NCBI GenBank assembly: GCA_963840035.1
Contig: CAWIXE010000002.1
Location: forward strand, 96,001 to 160,000
Source of the DNA: a candidate division FCPU426 bacterium
GTDB lineage: Bacteria; Oederibacteriota; PGYV01; Palsa-1178
Direction of reading: 5' to 3'
Length of the DNA: 64,000 nucleotides
In this document: positions 10,454-20,932 of the stretch, one piece after another
Layout of the letters: every line of letters begins with the position of its first letter
Numbering within the stretch: the stretch's first letter is position 1
Made by a program: the position numbers and the translations under genes
The notes under the pieces: generated by a model
Database searches by the model: none
Told to the model about the DNA's origin: nothing
Seen by the model: the letters and a program-made list of their open reading frames with translations, nothing else

Positions 10454-10922
10454 AATAAAAAAAAGGGAAGACCTCGCGAAAATAGTGGCGAAGCTTAAGA
10501 AACAGGGAAAGAAAGTGGCGTTTGCCAACGGCTGTTTTGACATCCTGCACGTGGGCCACATCAGGTTCCTCAGGGCTGCTAAAGCAAAAGGCGACATATT
10601 GGTCCTGGGTCTGAACTCGGATTCATCCGTCAGGAAACTCAAAGGCGAAGGCAGGCCCCTTGTAAACCAGCGCGAGCGCGCTGAGATAATGGACGCCTTT
10701 GATTTTGTCGATTACATAGTAATATTTAACGAACTCACGGTTGATAAGACCCTGCAGACATTGCTCCCAACATACCACTGCAAGGGTACTGATTATACGG
10801 TCGATACGGTTCCTGAGAAGGAAATGGCGAAGAAGTTCGGGATTAAGATAGCGATAGTGGGAGACCCGAAGGGTCATTCAACGAAGGATATTATAAAGAC
10901 GATAGTGGAGAAATACAAATAA
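10446..10922 (+). CDS. Heptose-1-phosphate nucleotidyltransferase (RfaE/HldE domain II), copy 1
   Basis: 'ANGCFDILHVGHIRFL', 'LGLNSDSSVRKLKGEGRP'. Start moved to MSKIKK, which overlaps the upstream stop. Confidence 0.88.
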   Translation: MSKIKKREDLAKIVAKLKKQGKKVAFANGCFDILHVGHIRFLRAAKAKGDILVLGLNSDSSVRKLKGEGRPLVNQRERAEIMDAFDFVDYIVIFNELTVDKTLQTLLPTYHCKGTDYTVDTVPEKEMAKKFGIKIAIVGDPKGHSTKDIIKTIVEKYK

Positions 10923-10923
10923 T

Positions 10924-10995
10924 AGCCCAGAGCCCAAAGCCCATAGCACAGGTGGTATGTTTTCCCTTGAGCTTTGGGCTCTGAGCTCTGGGCTC
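10924..10995. repeat. Inverted array of degenerate heptamers (GCCCA[AG]A type)
   Basis: agcccagagcccaaagcccatagc ... gagctttgggctctgagctctgggct. Same motif at 15203-15251, 41229-41248, 45527-45613, 46134-46294 and 50266-50285. Confidence 0.85.
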
Positions 10996-11009
10996 AAACC
11001 CGGGGTATT

Positions 11010-11975
11010 ATGAACAAGATTCTCATCTCAAGAACAGACGGCATCGGCGACCTTCTTTTAACAACCCCGTTAATACGCGAATTAAAACTTAAATACCCGT
11101 CTGCCCACATCTCTGCGCTTGTCAGCGGGTATGCCGCTCCGTTACTTGAGAATAACCCTAATGTTAACGAGGTCATCATATATGACGAGAAGAGCAAACC
11201 TGAACTTATTAAAAAACTAAAAAACGACAAATACGACGCGGTTATAGCCGTATATCCCAGGCCGGCGCTTGCGTGGATATTTTTTCTCGCCGGCATACCC
11301 AAAAGATTTGGTACTGCTTCGCGGTGGTATTCCTTCCTATATAATAACGGCGTAAAGATCAGCAGGAAGTCCTCTGAAAAGCATGAGGCAATGTATAACA
11401 TGATGCTTGCGGACAGCTTAATCGGCGAAAAGGAACCTGTTAAAGCGGATTATTTCACAACTCCTGAGGAAATAAAAAAGGCAAAAGCCTACGTAAGGTC
11501 AAAGAAACTCAAGAAATTCGTGACCGTGTATCCCGGCGGCAACGGCTCGGCAGCAAACCTACCGCCGGCGAAATATACGGAAATAATAAACAGTTTTATT
11601 GAAAAATCAGGAATGAACGTATTGATAGCCAGCGGCAAGTGGGAGCAGGGGCTCTGCGAGGAAGTTTACGCCGGTGTTAAGGAGAAAAGCGGGGTTGCCG
11701 TTATGACGGAGCTTTTAACAATCAGGGAACTTGCCGCTGTGATATCGCTTTCAGAGGCTTTCTTAAGCGGCAGCACAGGGCCCATGCACATCGCGGCAGC
11801 GCTGGGAGTCAAGACTCTGGCATTGTTCCCGTTGTCCGGCGTTGTGCCTTCCAGATGGGGCCCGCTGGGGAATGAAGTGCTCATATTAAGGCCCGGGCAG
11901 GGAAGCCACATGGATGACATGAATACCCAGGAAATAGCTGAAAAATTAAATGAATTTACAGCGGGGCAAAAATGA
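11010..11975 (+). CDS. Glycosyltransferase family 9 (LPS heptosyltransferase)
   Basis: 'ILISRTDGIGDLLLTTPLI', 'LLENNPNV', 'STGPMHIAAALG', 'RWGP'. Confidence 0.9.
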   Translation: MNKILISRTDGIGDLLLTTPLIRELKLKYPSAHISALVSGYAAPLLENNPNVNEVIIYDEKSKPELIKKLKNDKYDAVIAVYPRPALAWIFFLAGIPKRFGTASRWYSFLYNNGVKISRKSSEKHEAMYNMMLADSLIGEKEPVKADYFTTPEEIKKAKAYVRSKKLKKFVTVYPGGNGSAANLPPAKYTEIINSFIEKSGMNVLIASGKWEQGLCEEVYAGVKEKSGVAVMTELLTIRELAAVISLSEAFLSGSTGPMHIAAALGVKTLALFPLSGVVPSRWGPLGNEVLILRPGQGSHMDDMNTQEIAEKLNEFTAGQK

Positions 11976-13027
11976 AAAAAATGCTTGTCCTGGCAATGAG
12001 CCTTGTTCTTACATCCTGCGCCACTACAATGCCCAACAAAGTATCCGTGGTAAATGTTGAAAAGGATGAACAGGCAATGCGGAGCGCCGCGGATAAGATC
12101 GTTGAAAAAAAAGCGGTGGAAGAAGTAAAGGCCAGGGAATACATAGTAAAAAAGGCAGATACGCTCTGGACAATCTCGAAGGCGTTATGCGGCAAAGGTT
12201 CCTACTGGAAGCTGCTGGCGGATTCAAATAACATGAAGGAACCATACGCGCTTAAGGAAAATATGGTGCTAAACATTGAGAACGCCTGCCCCGGGACGGC
12301 AACCGGGACAGCTGCAGGTAAAAATTCCGGAAAGTTCGCATACCGTACCGTGCCAAATAAAGCGTTTGGCGTCGGCGAAAAACTGACTTTCGCGGTAAAG
12401 TATTTCGGCGTGACCGCGGGAATAGGCATACTTGAGGTCAAGGATTTTGAAGAAATAAACGGCAGGAAAGTTTATCATATAGACGCCACAGCCAGGACAG
12501 CGCCTTTTTTTGAAACGATGTACAGGGTAAAGGATGTAATTTCATCTTATGTGGACGTCATGGGGCTGTTTTCATGGAAATACACCAAACACCTGGAAGA
12601 GGGCGGCTACAGGAACGACACCATAATGTCCTTTGACCACGAGAAAAAATTCGCCGAAAAGAACAACGGGCAGAGGTGCGAAATAGTGCCTTTTATACAA
12701 GATGTGCTTTCGGAGTTTTATTACTTCAGGTCGGTCTACAAGGGTGACGAAGAAACCAAAATCGACGTGGCGTCAGATGAATGCAAATCATATCAGATAG
12801 TGGTAAAGAAGCTCAGGACTGAAAAAATTACGGTGGACGCGGGTACTTTTGACTGTGTGGTGGTGCAGCCGTTCCTTAAATACGAAGGCATATTCAGGCA
12901 AAAAGGCGATGTCTGGATATGGATGACAAACGACAAAAATATGATACCGGTGCTGGTTAAAAGCCAGATAGCGATAGGGACGATAGACGCTGTGCTGCAG
13001 GACGCTGTGGTGGTGAAAGCGGAATGA
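11972..13027 (+). CDS. Lipoprotein with LysM domain and C-terminal DUF3108-like domain
   Basis: Lipobox LTS-C. LysM 'YIVKKADTLWTIS...YWKLLADSN'. DUF3108-like 'GEKLTFAVKYFGVTAG' and 'ITVDAGTFDC...VWIW...IPV'. Confidence 0.72.
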   Translation: MKKMLVLAMSLVLTSCATTMPNKVSVVNVEKDEQAMRSAADKIVEKKAVEEVKAREYIVKKADTLWTISKALCGKGSYWKLLADSNNMKEPYALKENMVLNIENACPGTATGTAAGKNSGKFAYRTVPNKAFGVGEKLTFAVKYFGVTAGIGILEVKDFEEINGRKVYHIDATARTAPFFETMYRVKDVISSYVDVMGLFSWKYTKHLEEGGYRNDTIMSFDHEKKFAEKNNGQRCEIVPFIQDVLSEFYYFRSVYKGDEETKIDVASDECKSYQIVVKKLRTEKITVDAGTFDCVVVQPFLKYEGIFRQKGDVWIWMTNDKNMIPVLVKSQIAIGTIDAVLQDAVVVKAE

Positions 13028-13169
13028 AGGCAGGGTAGAGGGTGGAGGGTAGGGTTCGAAGTTAATGTTGAACTTCGAATTTCGAACTCCGAACACCGAA
13101 CTGTTTTTTGGTTGACTTCCAACCACCATTCCTATTATAATTATACATCCTAAGACTTAAGGAGCTGTT

Positions 13170-13748
13170 ATGGCTGATTATTTTGGAAGATCAATACAGG
13201 AAAGCGTTGTTGTTAAGCAAAAAAGCTACAAGGCCTTAAAGTCTAAACTTCTCTCTGTAGTCGACACCCTTTGCACAACATTGCAATCAGGCAATAAAAT
13301 ACTTCTGTTCGGAAACGGCGGTTCGGCTGCCGACGCGCAGCATATTGCTGCCGAGTTCGTGGTGCGCCTTAAGATGGAGCGCCGCGGTTACCCGGCAATC
13401 GCTTTGACCACGGACACATCCATACTTACTTCCTGCGGCAATGACTATGGTTTTGACCATGTTTATGAAAGGCAGGTTGAGGCTTTGGGGTGCGCAGGGG
13501 ACGCGGCAATGGCCATATCAACTTCCGGCAATTCGAAGAACGTTATACTTGCCATAAATGAAGCAAGGAAAAAGGGCATGACAATCATCGGGTTTACCGG
13601 AATGGGCGGCGGCAAAATGGCGAAACTTTGCGATATACTTATAGACATAAAATCAAAGAACACCATGAGGATACAGGAGACGCACATAACATTTTTCCAC
13701 ATTATCTGCGACCTGGCTGAAAGAAGACTCGCGGGGGAGAAAATTTGA
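13170..13748 (+). CDS. gmhA: D-sedoheptulose-7-phosphate isomerase
   Basis: 'FGNGGSAADAQHIAAE', 'NDYGF', 'ISTSGNSKN', 'RIQETH'. Confidence 0.95.
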   Translation: MADYFGRSIQESVVVKQKSYKALKSKLLSVVDTLCTTLQSGNKILLFGNGGSAADAQHIAAEFVVRLKMERRGYPAIALTTDTSILTSCGNDYGFDHVYERQVEALGCAGDAAMAISTSGNSKNVILAINEARKKGMTIIGFTGMGGGKMAKLCDILIDIKSKNTMRIQETHITFFHIICDLAERRLAGEKI

Positions 13749-14725
13749 AGAACATAAGCAAGGCTGTCTTAAAAAAGGCCATAAAAAAATTCAGAAATAA
13801 AAGGATACTGGTTGTCGGAGACCTCATGCTTGACAGCTATGTATGGGGCACGGTATCGCGTATTTCTCCGGAAGCGCCCATACCGGTTGTTGATGTAAAT
13901 AAGGAAGAGTCAAAACCCGGTGGCGCGGCAAATGTGATTTTGAACCTCCTCTCCCTTGGCGCAAAAGTATTCGCGGCAGGCATAGTCGGTTCGGACGACG
14001 AGGCTGAAGTGCTCATGTCCAGCCTTAAAAAAGACGGTGTTAATACTTCGGCTGTGCTCGTGGATAAAAAAAGGCCGACTACGGTCAAGACAAGGGTCAT
14101 TGCTCATAACCAGCAGGTGGTCAGGATTGACAGGGAGCATAAGACGGACATAAGCCCGGCAACTGCAAAGGCAATAATCGCCGCGGTAAAAAAGGAACTT
14201 AAAACAATTGACGCCATTATTTTTTCTGACTACGATAAGGGCCTTCTGACAAAGGAACTCGTGGAAGGCATCATGGCCATAGCAAAGGGCAAGATAGTAA
14301 CCGTGGACCCGAAGCCTTCTAATGTGGAGATATTCAGGGACATAACGCTCATATCGCCAAATAAAAAGGAAGCTTCGGAAGCCGCAGGCATGGCCATCAC
14401 AAGCGAGAACGACGTACTTCTAGCCTCAAAAATATTAAAGGACATAACCAACGCGGAAGCCATATTAATCACCCGCGGGGAAGAGGGCATGTCCCTTTAC
14501 ATGAACGACGGCATACATACCATACCGACTATGGCGCGCGAGGTTTTTGACGTAACAGGCGCGGGAGATACGGTCATAAGCGTGGTTACACTGGCGCTTA
14601 CTGCAGGCGCTTCTTTTGAAGAAGCCTGCTCGCTGTCAAACATCGCCGCGGGCGAAGTGGTTGCAGAGGTAGGCGTAGTTACCCTTACACCAAAAGAACT
14701 TGAGGCGGCTGTGGATGGCAAATAG
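13745..14725 (+). CDS. rfaE1: Heptose-7-phosphate kinase (RfaE/HldE domain I), copy 2
   Basis: 'VGDLMLD...RISPEAPIPV', 'GGAANV', 'KTRVIAHNQQVVRID', 'SDYDKG', 'DPK', 'VFDVTGAGDTV'. Confidence 0.9.
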   Translation: MKNISKAVLKKAIKKFRNKRILVVGDLMLDSYVWGTVSRISPEAPIPVVDVNKEESKPGGAANVILNLLSLGAKVFAAGIVGSDDEAEVLMSSLKKDGVNTSAVLVDKKRPTTVKTRVIAHNQQVVRIDREHKTDISPATAKAIIAAVKKELKTIDAIIFSDYDKGLLTKELVEGIMAIAKGKIVTVDPKPSNVEIFRDITLISPNKKEASEAAGMAITSENDVLLASKILKDITNAEAILITRGEEGMSLYMNDGIHTIPTMAREVFDVTGAGDTVISVVTLALTAGASFEEACSLSNIAAGEVVAEVGVVTLTPKELEAAVDGK

Positions 14726-15203
14726 CCCGAAAATAATATTTGACAGGAAGAAACTTGTTTCCGCGGTTAAGAAACTTAAAAAATCCGGCAAAAAAGTCGT
14801 CTTTACGAACGGCTGTTATGACCTGCTTCACGTCGGCCATGTAAGGTTCTTAAAGGCGGCCAGGAAGTTAGGCGGCGCGCTGGTGCTTGCGTTAAACAGC
14901 GACGCTTCAGTGCGCAGGATAAAGGGCCCCAAAAGGCCGGTTACGCCCGAGAATGAAAGGGCAGAGGTAATGTCAGCGCTTTCCTGCGTTGATCTTATCA
15001 CGCTTTTTCACGAGGACGACCCGTTTAACATAATAAAAGATGTAGTTCCTGACGTGCTCGTAAAAGGCGGGGACTGGTCCCTTGATAAAATAATAGGCGC
15101 GGACATAGTAAAAGCCGCGGGCGGAAAAGTGAAGAACGTGCCGTATATAAAAGGAAAGAGCACGACGAACATAATAGCGAATGTGATAAAGTACTATAAA
15201 TAG
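14715..15203 (+). CDS. rfaE2: Heptose-1-phosphate adenylyltransferase (RfaE/HldE domain II), copy 2
   Basis: 'FTNGCYDLLHVGHVRFL', 'NSDASV', 'PDVLVKGGDW', 'GKSTT'. Confidence 0.9.
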   Translation: MANSPKIIFDRKKLVSAVKKLKKSGKKVVFTNGCYDLLHVGHVRFLKAARKLGGALVLALNSDASVRRIKGPKRPVTPENERAEVMSALSCVDLITLFHEDDPFNIIKDVVPDVLVKGGDWSLDKIIGADIVKAAGGKVKNVPYIKGKSTTNIIANVIKYYK

Positions 15204-15269
15204 CCCAAAGCTCAAAGCCCAAGGTACGACTTGGGCTTTGGGCTCTGGGCCATGTTCCCAAGGAGCCTT

Positions 15270-16004
15270 ATGAACATCATCGGCGTTATCCCGGCGCGGC
15301 TAAAGTCAACCCGCCTTCCGGGGAAGATGCTTTTAAAGATAAACGGAAAGACCCTAATAGAGATGGTTTACGCGAACGCGAAAAAAGCTTCCTGTTTACG
15401 GGAGCTTTATGTCGCCACTGACAACAAGCAGATAAAGGAAGTCATAGAAAAAGCAGGCGGCAAGGCGATAATGACGCCTGCCTCGTGCAAGTCAGGGACT
15501 GAGCGCATCAGGGAAGCATTAAAGTCCATACACGCGAACATGAACGACATAGTGGTAAACATTCAGGGTGACGAGCCGCTTTTGGAGCCGGAACTCATTG
15601 ACAAAGCGGTTAAAGCGCTTATTAACGATAAGACATGCGACGCGTCGACGATTGCCGCGCCGCTCCATGAAATAAAAGAAATAGCAGACCCGTCCGTGGT
15701 GAAAGTCGTCACGGACCGCTCCGGTAACGCGTTGTATTTTTCAAGGTCAATAATTCCGCACAACAGGGATGGAGTGAAAACAGGCAATGGCGCCTGGCTT
15801 AAACACATCGGCCTTTACGCTTACAGGAAAAGCGTCCTCGACAGGTGGCTCAAACTCGAAAGCAATTACGAAGGGATCGAGAAGCTTGAGCAGTTAAGGA
15901 TGCTGGAAAACGGGTGCAGGATCAGGGTTGTGGTAGCAAAGAGCAAAAGCATAGGGATAGATACGCGCAGGGATTTTGAAAGGCTTAAGAAAACATTAAA
16001 ATAA
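15270..16004 (+). CDS. kdsB: 3-deoxy-manno-octulosonate cytidylyltransferase
   Basis: 'IPARLKSTRLPGK', 'SGTERI', 'NIQGDEP', 'ALYFSR', 'KHIGLYAY', 'EKLEQLR'. AGGAG RBS. Confidence 0.95.
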   Translation: MNIIGVIPARLKSTRLPGKMLLKINGKTLIEMVYANAKKASCLRELYVATDNKQIKEVIEKAGGKAIMTPASCKSGTERIREALKSIHANMNDIVVNIQGDEPLLEPELIDKAVKALINDKTCDASTIAAPLHEIKEIADPSVVKVVTDRSGNALYFSRSIIPHNRDGVKTGNGAWLKHIGLYAYRKSVLDRWLKLESNYEGIEKLEQLRMLENGCRIRVVVAKSKSIGIDTRRDFERLKKTLK

Positions 16005-16080
16005 TTTTCAATTTTGAATTTTCAATTTTCGATTACAGGCCAAACAAGGGCTGTGACTTTAATTGAAAATTTAGAATTGA

Positions 16081-17733
<1,653 letters not shown>

Positions 17734-17967
17734 ATGGCGGATACAGGCAAGACAGACAGGGAAATGCAGGAGGACCTTTTAAAGTTCGCCCAGACAAAGT
17801 ACCTGGACGCGCAGCAGAAGTATAACGCCATACAGGCGCTGGCGAAAAAGTATAATATGCCGCTGGAGCAGATGATAAAAAAAATTATAATGGAGTGGAT
17901 GATTGAAGACAAAACGCAGAAGTTCACAAACGCAGGAAAAAAAGCCCCTTTCAAAAAGATACTCTGA
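17734..17967 (+). CDS. Small hypothetical protein between pyrG and kdsA
   Basis: ATG directly follows the pyrG stop (TAAATG). 77 aa, helical-looking. 3' end overlaps the kdsA start. Confidence 0.5.
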   Translation: MADTGKTDREMQEDLLKFAQTKYLDAQQKYNAIQALAKKYNMPLEQMIKKIIMEWMIEDKTQKFTNAGKKAPFKKIL

Positions 17968-18757
17968 GATAACCGGAAGCGGCCTTTTCCTCATAGCCGG
18001 CCCGTGCGTTATTGAGAGCGAAAAGATGGCGTACGGCATAGCCGAAGCCCTCGGCGAGATCACCTCAAACCTGGGCATTCCCTTCATTTTCAAAGCATCC
18101 TATGACAAGGCAAACCGCACTTCCATAAAAAGCTTCAGGGGAGTGGGTATTGATAAGGGCTTAAAGATATTATCAGGCATAAGGAAAGCATACGGCATTC
18201 CGGTACTGACGGATGTCCACAGCCCCGAAGAAGTTAAAAAAGCCGCGCAGAATGTCGATGTGCTCCAGATACCGGCGTTTCTTTGCAGGCAGACTGACCT
18301 GATAGTCGCCGCGGCGAAGTCAGGCGCGATAGTGAACATTAAAAAAGGGCAGTTCCTCTCGCCCCAGGAAATGGGAAACATAATTAAAAAAGCAGAAGGC
18401 GCCGGAAATAAAAACCTCATGCTAACCGAAAGAGGATTTACTTTCGGCTACAATAATCTCGTTGTAGACCTAAAATCAATAGCCCACATGAAAACCCTAG
18501 GATACCCCGTTATCATAGACGCCACGCACGCGGTTCAAAGACCCGGCGGAGCCGGAGACAAAAGCGCCGGCGAAAGGCAGTACGTCGAAGCCATAGCCAA
18601 AGGCTGCGTAGCAGCCGGAGCAAACGGAGTCTTCATGGAAGTCCACCCCAACCCGGAAAAAGCCCTCTCAGACAGGGACACGCAGTACAGCCTGGATAAA
18701 ATCGAGGAACTGCTCGGAACGCTGTTGGATGTGTATAAGGCGGTAAATAAGGTTTGA
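17903..18757 (+). CDS. kdsA: 3-deoxy-8-phosphooctulonate (KDO8P) synthase
   Basis: 'IAGPCVIES', 'KASYDKANRTS', 'QIPAFLCRQTDL', 'NIKKGQF', 'DATHAVQ'. Exact start (TTG 17903) uncertain. Confidence 0.95.
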   Translation: MKTKRRSSQTQEKKPLSKRYSEITGSGLFLIAGPCVIESEKMAYGIAEALGEITSNLGIPFIFKASYDKANRTSIKSFRGVGIDKGLKILSGIRKAYGIPVLTDVHSPEEVKKAAQNVDVLQIPAFLCRQTDLIVAAAKSGAIVNIKKGQFLSPQEMGNIIKKAEGAGNKNLMLTERGFTFGYNNLVVDLKSIAHMKTLGYPVIIDATHAVQRPGGAGDKSAGERQYVEAIAKGCVAAGANGVFMEVHPNPEKALSDRDTQYSLDKIEELLGTLLDVYKAVNKV

Positions 18758-18763
18758 TTTTTT

Positions 18764-18872
18764 GTAGTCGCAGGCCTACGATCCACCGGCCTGCGCCTAG
18801 ATTAGGTATTGAAGCACGCCAACGGTAGACGCCAATATTCGCACCCCGATGAGACGTAGAGTGTGCGACTAC
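18764..18872. repeat. Paired GTAG REP element (REPIN-like), empty copy
   Basis: gtagtcgcaggcctacgatccaccggcctgcgcctag...cgcaccccgatgagacgtagagtgtgcgactac, with terminal inverted GTAGTCGCA/TGCGACTAC. Confidence 0.88.
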
Positions 18873-18910
18873 GGGAACAATATCAAACAACTAGCGCACG
18901 CCAAGATTTA

Positions 18911-19527
18911 GTAGTCGCAGGCCTACGATCCATCGGCCTGCGCCTAGCCAAGGAATTGAAGCACGCCAACGGTAGATAACAACGCGCAGAATGGAATATG
19001 TTTATAGGGGACAAAAAAATGAAAACTACAAATACTTGTCCGGATTGTGGGGCTGAGATGTATTCGGACACTGTCTGCAAAAAGTGTAATTCCCGTATTA
19101 AAAATCATGAAGGTAGCGACGCTTTTAATTTTGAAGATATGGAAAAAAATATTGAAAAGCTTGCGGCTGAAAAACGTAATAATGAAAACATTGCCGTTTC
19201 GGGATCTTTTATAAATGAAAAAGAAGTAGATGCGCGTGTTGTATTGTTAAAGGCGTTATCAACGTCATTTGGAGTTTTTATTATTTTTTCTGTGGTTGTT
19301 ACAATGTTGTTTTTATATTTTGCTAATTTAAGGCCTGGAATCAAGGATTACTTTATGCGCGATCAGTTAGCTATTGGCGGTAGCTTTGTTGTTTCGCTGA
19401 TAGATTATTCAGTGATAGCGATTGCGACCTGGAGCGTAGCAGCTATTAGCAGACAAGCATATATAAGGACTGACTGGAAGCAAGAGCCAACGCACGCACC
19501 CCGATGAGGCATAGAGGGTGCGGCTAC
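18911..19527. mobile_element. Paired GTAG REP element enclosing a passenger gene
   Basis: Left half 18911-18988 and right half 19495-19527 match the empty copies. The ORF lies between them. Confidence 0.65.
19019..19507 (+). CDS. Hypothetical membrane protein with N-terminal CxxC-CxxC zinc-ribbon-like motif
   Basis: 'CPDCG...CKKC', two hydrophobic segments, visibly AT-richer than its neighbours. The last codons run into the REP. Confidence 0.6.
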   Translation: MKTTNTCPDCGAEMYSDTVCKKCNSRIKNHEGSDAFNFEDMEKNIEKLAAEKRNNENIAVSGSFINEKEVDARVVLLKALSTSFGVFIIFSVVVTMLFLYFANLRPGIKDYFMRDQLAIGGSFVVSLIDYSVIAIATWSVAAISRQAYIRTDWKQEPTHAPR

Positions 19528-19574
19528 GAAAGTACAAGGAATGAAATACAACGCAAAACAAATAGAGGTGTTTT

Positions 19575-20063
19575 GTGGAAAAGAAACACAGGCTTGATGA
19601 ATCTGTTTATATAGGCAAACTGCGCGCAACTTTTACGGTTTGCGTTGAAGACAGGCAGCCGCTGTTTAAAGATAAGGCCGTCGTAAACGTCATGCTGCAA
19701 ATCCTGAAACAAATCTTTGAAAAATATCATTTGCTTAACTGGATTTATACTTTCATGCCGGACCATCTGCATCTGATATTTGAAGGCGTCAAAGATAATT
19801 CAAACCTGCTGAAGGCTATGCATATGTTTAAACAGAAAGCTGGCTATTGGTTGAAGATAAATAAGCCCGGATTTAAACTCCAAAAAGATTTTTATGACCG
19901 CGTTCACCGGCAGGATGTAGTACTGGTTTTACAGATGCTTTATATCGCGGAAAACCCAGTAAGGTCCGGTTTGGTGAAAGAGTGGCAGGAATTTGAAAAT
20001 ACAGGGTCGTTAAGTTTTGATTTAAACGTTGAGATGCAGTCAGCGGATGTTTTAAAGCCGTGA
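19575..20063 (+). CDS. REP-associated tyrosine transposase (RAYT; Y1 HUH nuclease)
   Basis: 'TFTVC', HUH 'MPDHLHL', 'QKDFYDR', catalytic Tyr in 'YIAENPVRSGLV'. Flanked on both sides by GTAG REPs in opposite orientation. Confidence 0.9.
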   Translation: MEKKHRLDESVYIGKLRATFTVCVEDRQPLFKDKAVVNVMLQILKQIFEKYHLLNWIYTFMPDHLHLIFEGVKDNSNLLKAMHMFKQKAGYWLKINKPGFKLQKDFYDRVHRQDVVLVLQMLYIAENPVRSGLVKEWQEFENTGSLSFDLNVEMQSADVLKP

Positions 20064-20068
20064 TTTTC

Positions 20069-20184
20069 GTAGTCGCAGGCCTACGATCCACCGGCCTGCG
20101 CCTAGATAAGGAATTGAAGCACGCCACCGATAGAACATAAAATCCAACTGGCGCACCCCGATGAGGCGTAGAGGGTGCGACTAC
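20069..20184. repeat. Paired GTAG REP element, empty copy downstream of the RAYT
   Basis: gtagtcgcaggcctacgatccaccggcctgcg ... gcgcaccccgatgaggcgtagagggtgcgactac. Confidence 0.88.
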
Positions 20185-20193
20185 ACAGGAAAA

Positions 20194-20251
20194 ATGAATA
20201 AAAAGACATAAAAACCCTTATAAATAAGGGTTTTTATGTCTTTTTATTCAT
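20194..20251. repeat. Perfect 28-bp AT-rich inverted repeat
   Basis: atgaataaaaagacataaaaacccttat-aa-ataagggtttttatgtctttttattcat. Confidence 0.85.
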
Positions 20252-20271
20252 CAAAAACCTGTTTTTCCCAG

Positions 20272-20300
20272 TTGCCTTATGTCTTTTTATCTGTTATAGT
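20272..20300 (+). promoter_or_regulatory. Putative sigma70 promoter for the RNase HI-tldD unit
   Basis: TTGCCT-17 bp-TATAGT. Confidence 0.5.
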
Positions 20301-20336
20301 TTATAGGTATTTAAACCAATAAAACAAGGAGTATTT

Positions 20337-20760
20337 ATGACTGAAACTGATAAATATACGGCTTTTATCGATGGCGCTTCTAGCGGGAATCCCGGGCATG
20401 CCGGCATTGGCGTGGTTATATATAAGGGAAAGGACCAGATACTTATGGAGTCCAAGTATATCGGCGAGGCCACAAATAACGTGGCTGAGTACTCGGCGCT
20501 TTTACACCTTCTGGATATCGCCACCAAGCATAAGATCAAGCACCTTGATATTTTCTCCGACAGCGAACTTCTGGTAAAGAGGCTTCTCCGGCGAGTATAA
20601 GGTCAGGGACGAGAAACTTCAGGAGTTTGTAAAGAACGCCATCGCCCACAGGAAGACCATCAAGTATACGGTCACCCATATCCCCAGGGAAAAGAACAAG
20701 GAAGCTGACAAGCTCTCCAAAGAAGGATCCAAAAGGGGAGGCAACATCAGAAATGTATGA
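20337..20760 (+). pseudogene. rnhA: Ribonuclease HI family protein split by a +1 frameshift near 20583
   Basis: 'FIDGASSGNPGHAG...TNNVAEY...SDSELLVK' continues in the +1 frame as 'FSGEYKVRD...THIPREKNKEADKLSK'. Could be a sequencing error. Confidence 0.85.
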
Positions 20761-20932
20761 GCTTTTAGCGGGCATCTTTTTTGTGACGGCAGCCTTAAGC
20801 GTTTACGCCATGATAAAATTCGGGTTTAATATAATCTTCCTGTATATCCTTTTATTTTCCCTTGTGATTGTAGTCTGGGTTGTAGCTGTCATAATAGAAG
20901 AGAGAAAGGCAAAAAAGGAAAATGCTGGATAA
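20753..20932 (+). CDS. Small two-TM membrane protein (59 aa, below the ORF-track cutoff)
   Basis: MYELLAGIFFVTAALSVYAMIKFGFNIIFLYILLFSLVIVVWVVAVIIEERKAKKENAG. GGAGG upstream. Overlaps the rnhA stop and the tldD start. Confidence 0.65.
   Translation: MYELLAGIFFVTAALSVYAMIKFGFNIIFLYILLFSLVIVVWVVAVIIEERKAKKENAG

Noticed and set aside
18764..20184. IS200/IS605 insertion sequence
   Set aside because: No tnpB. The protein has RAYT-type features (QxxFYD, YIxxNPV) and is flanked by multicopy GTAG REPs.
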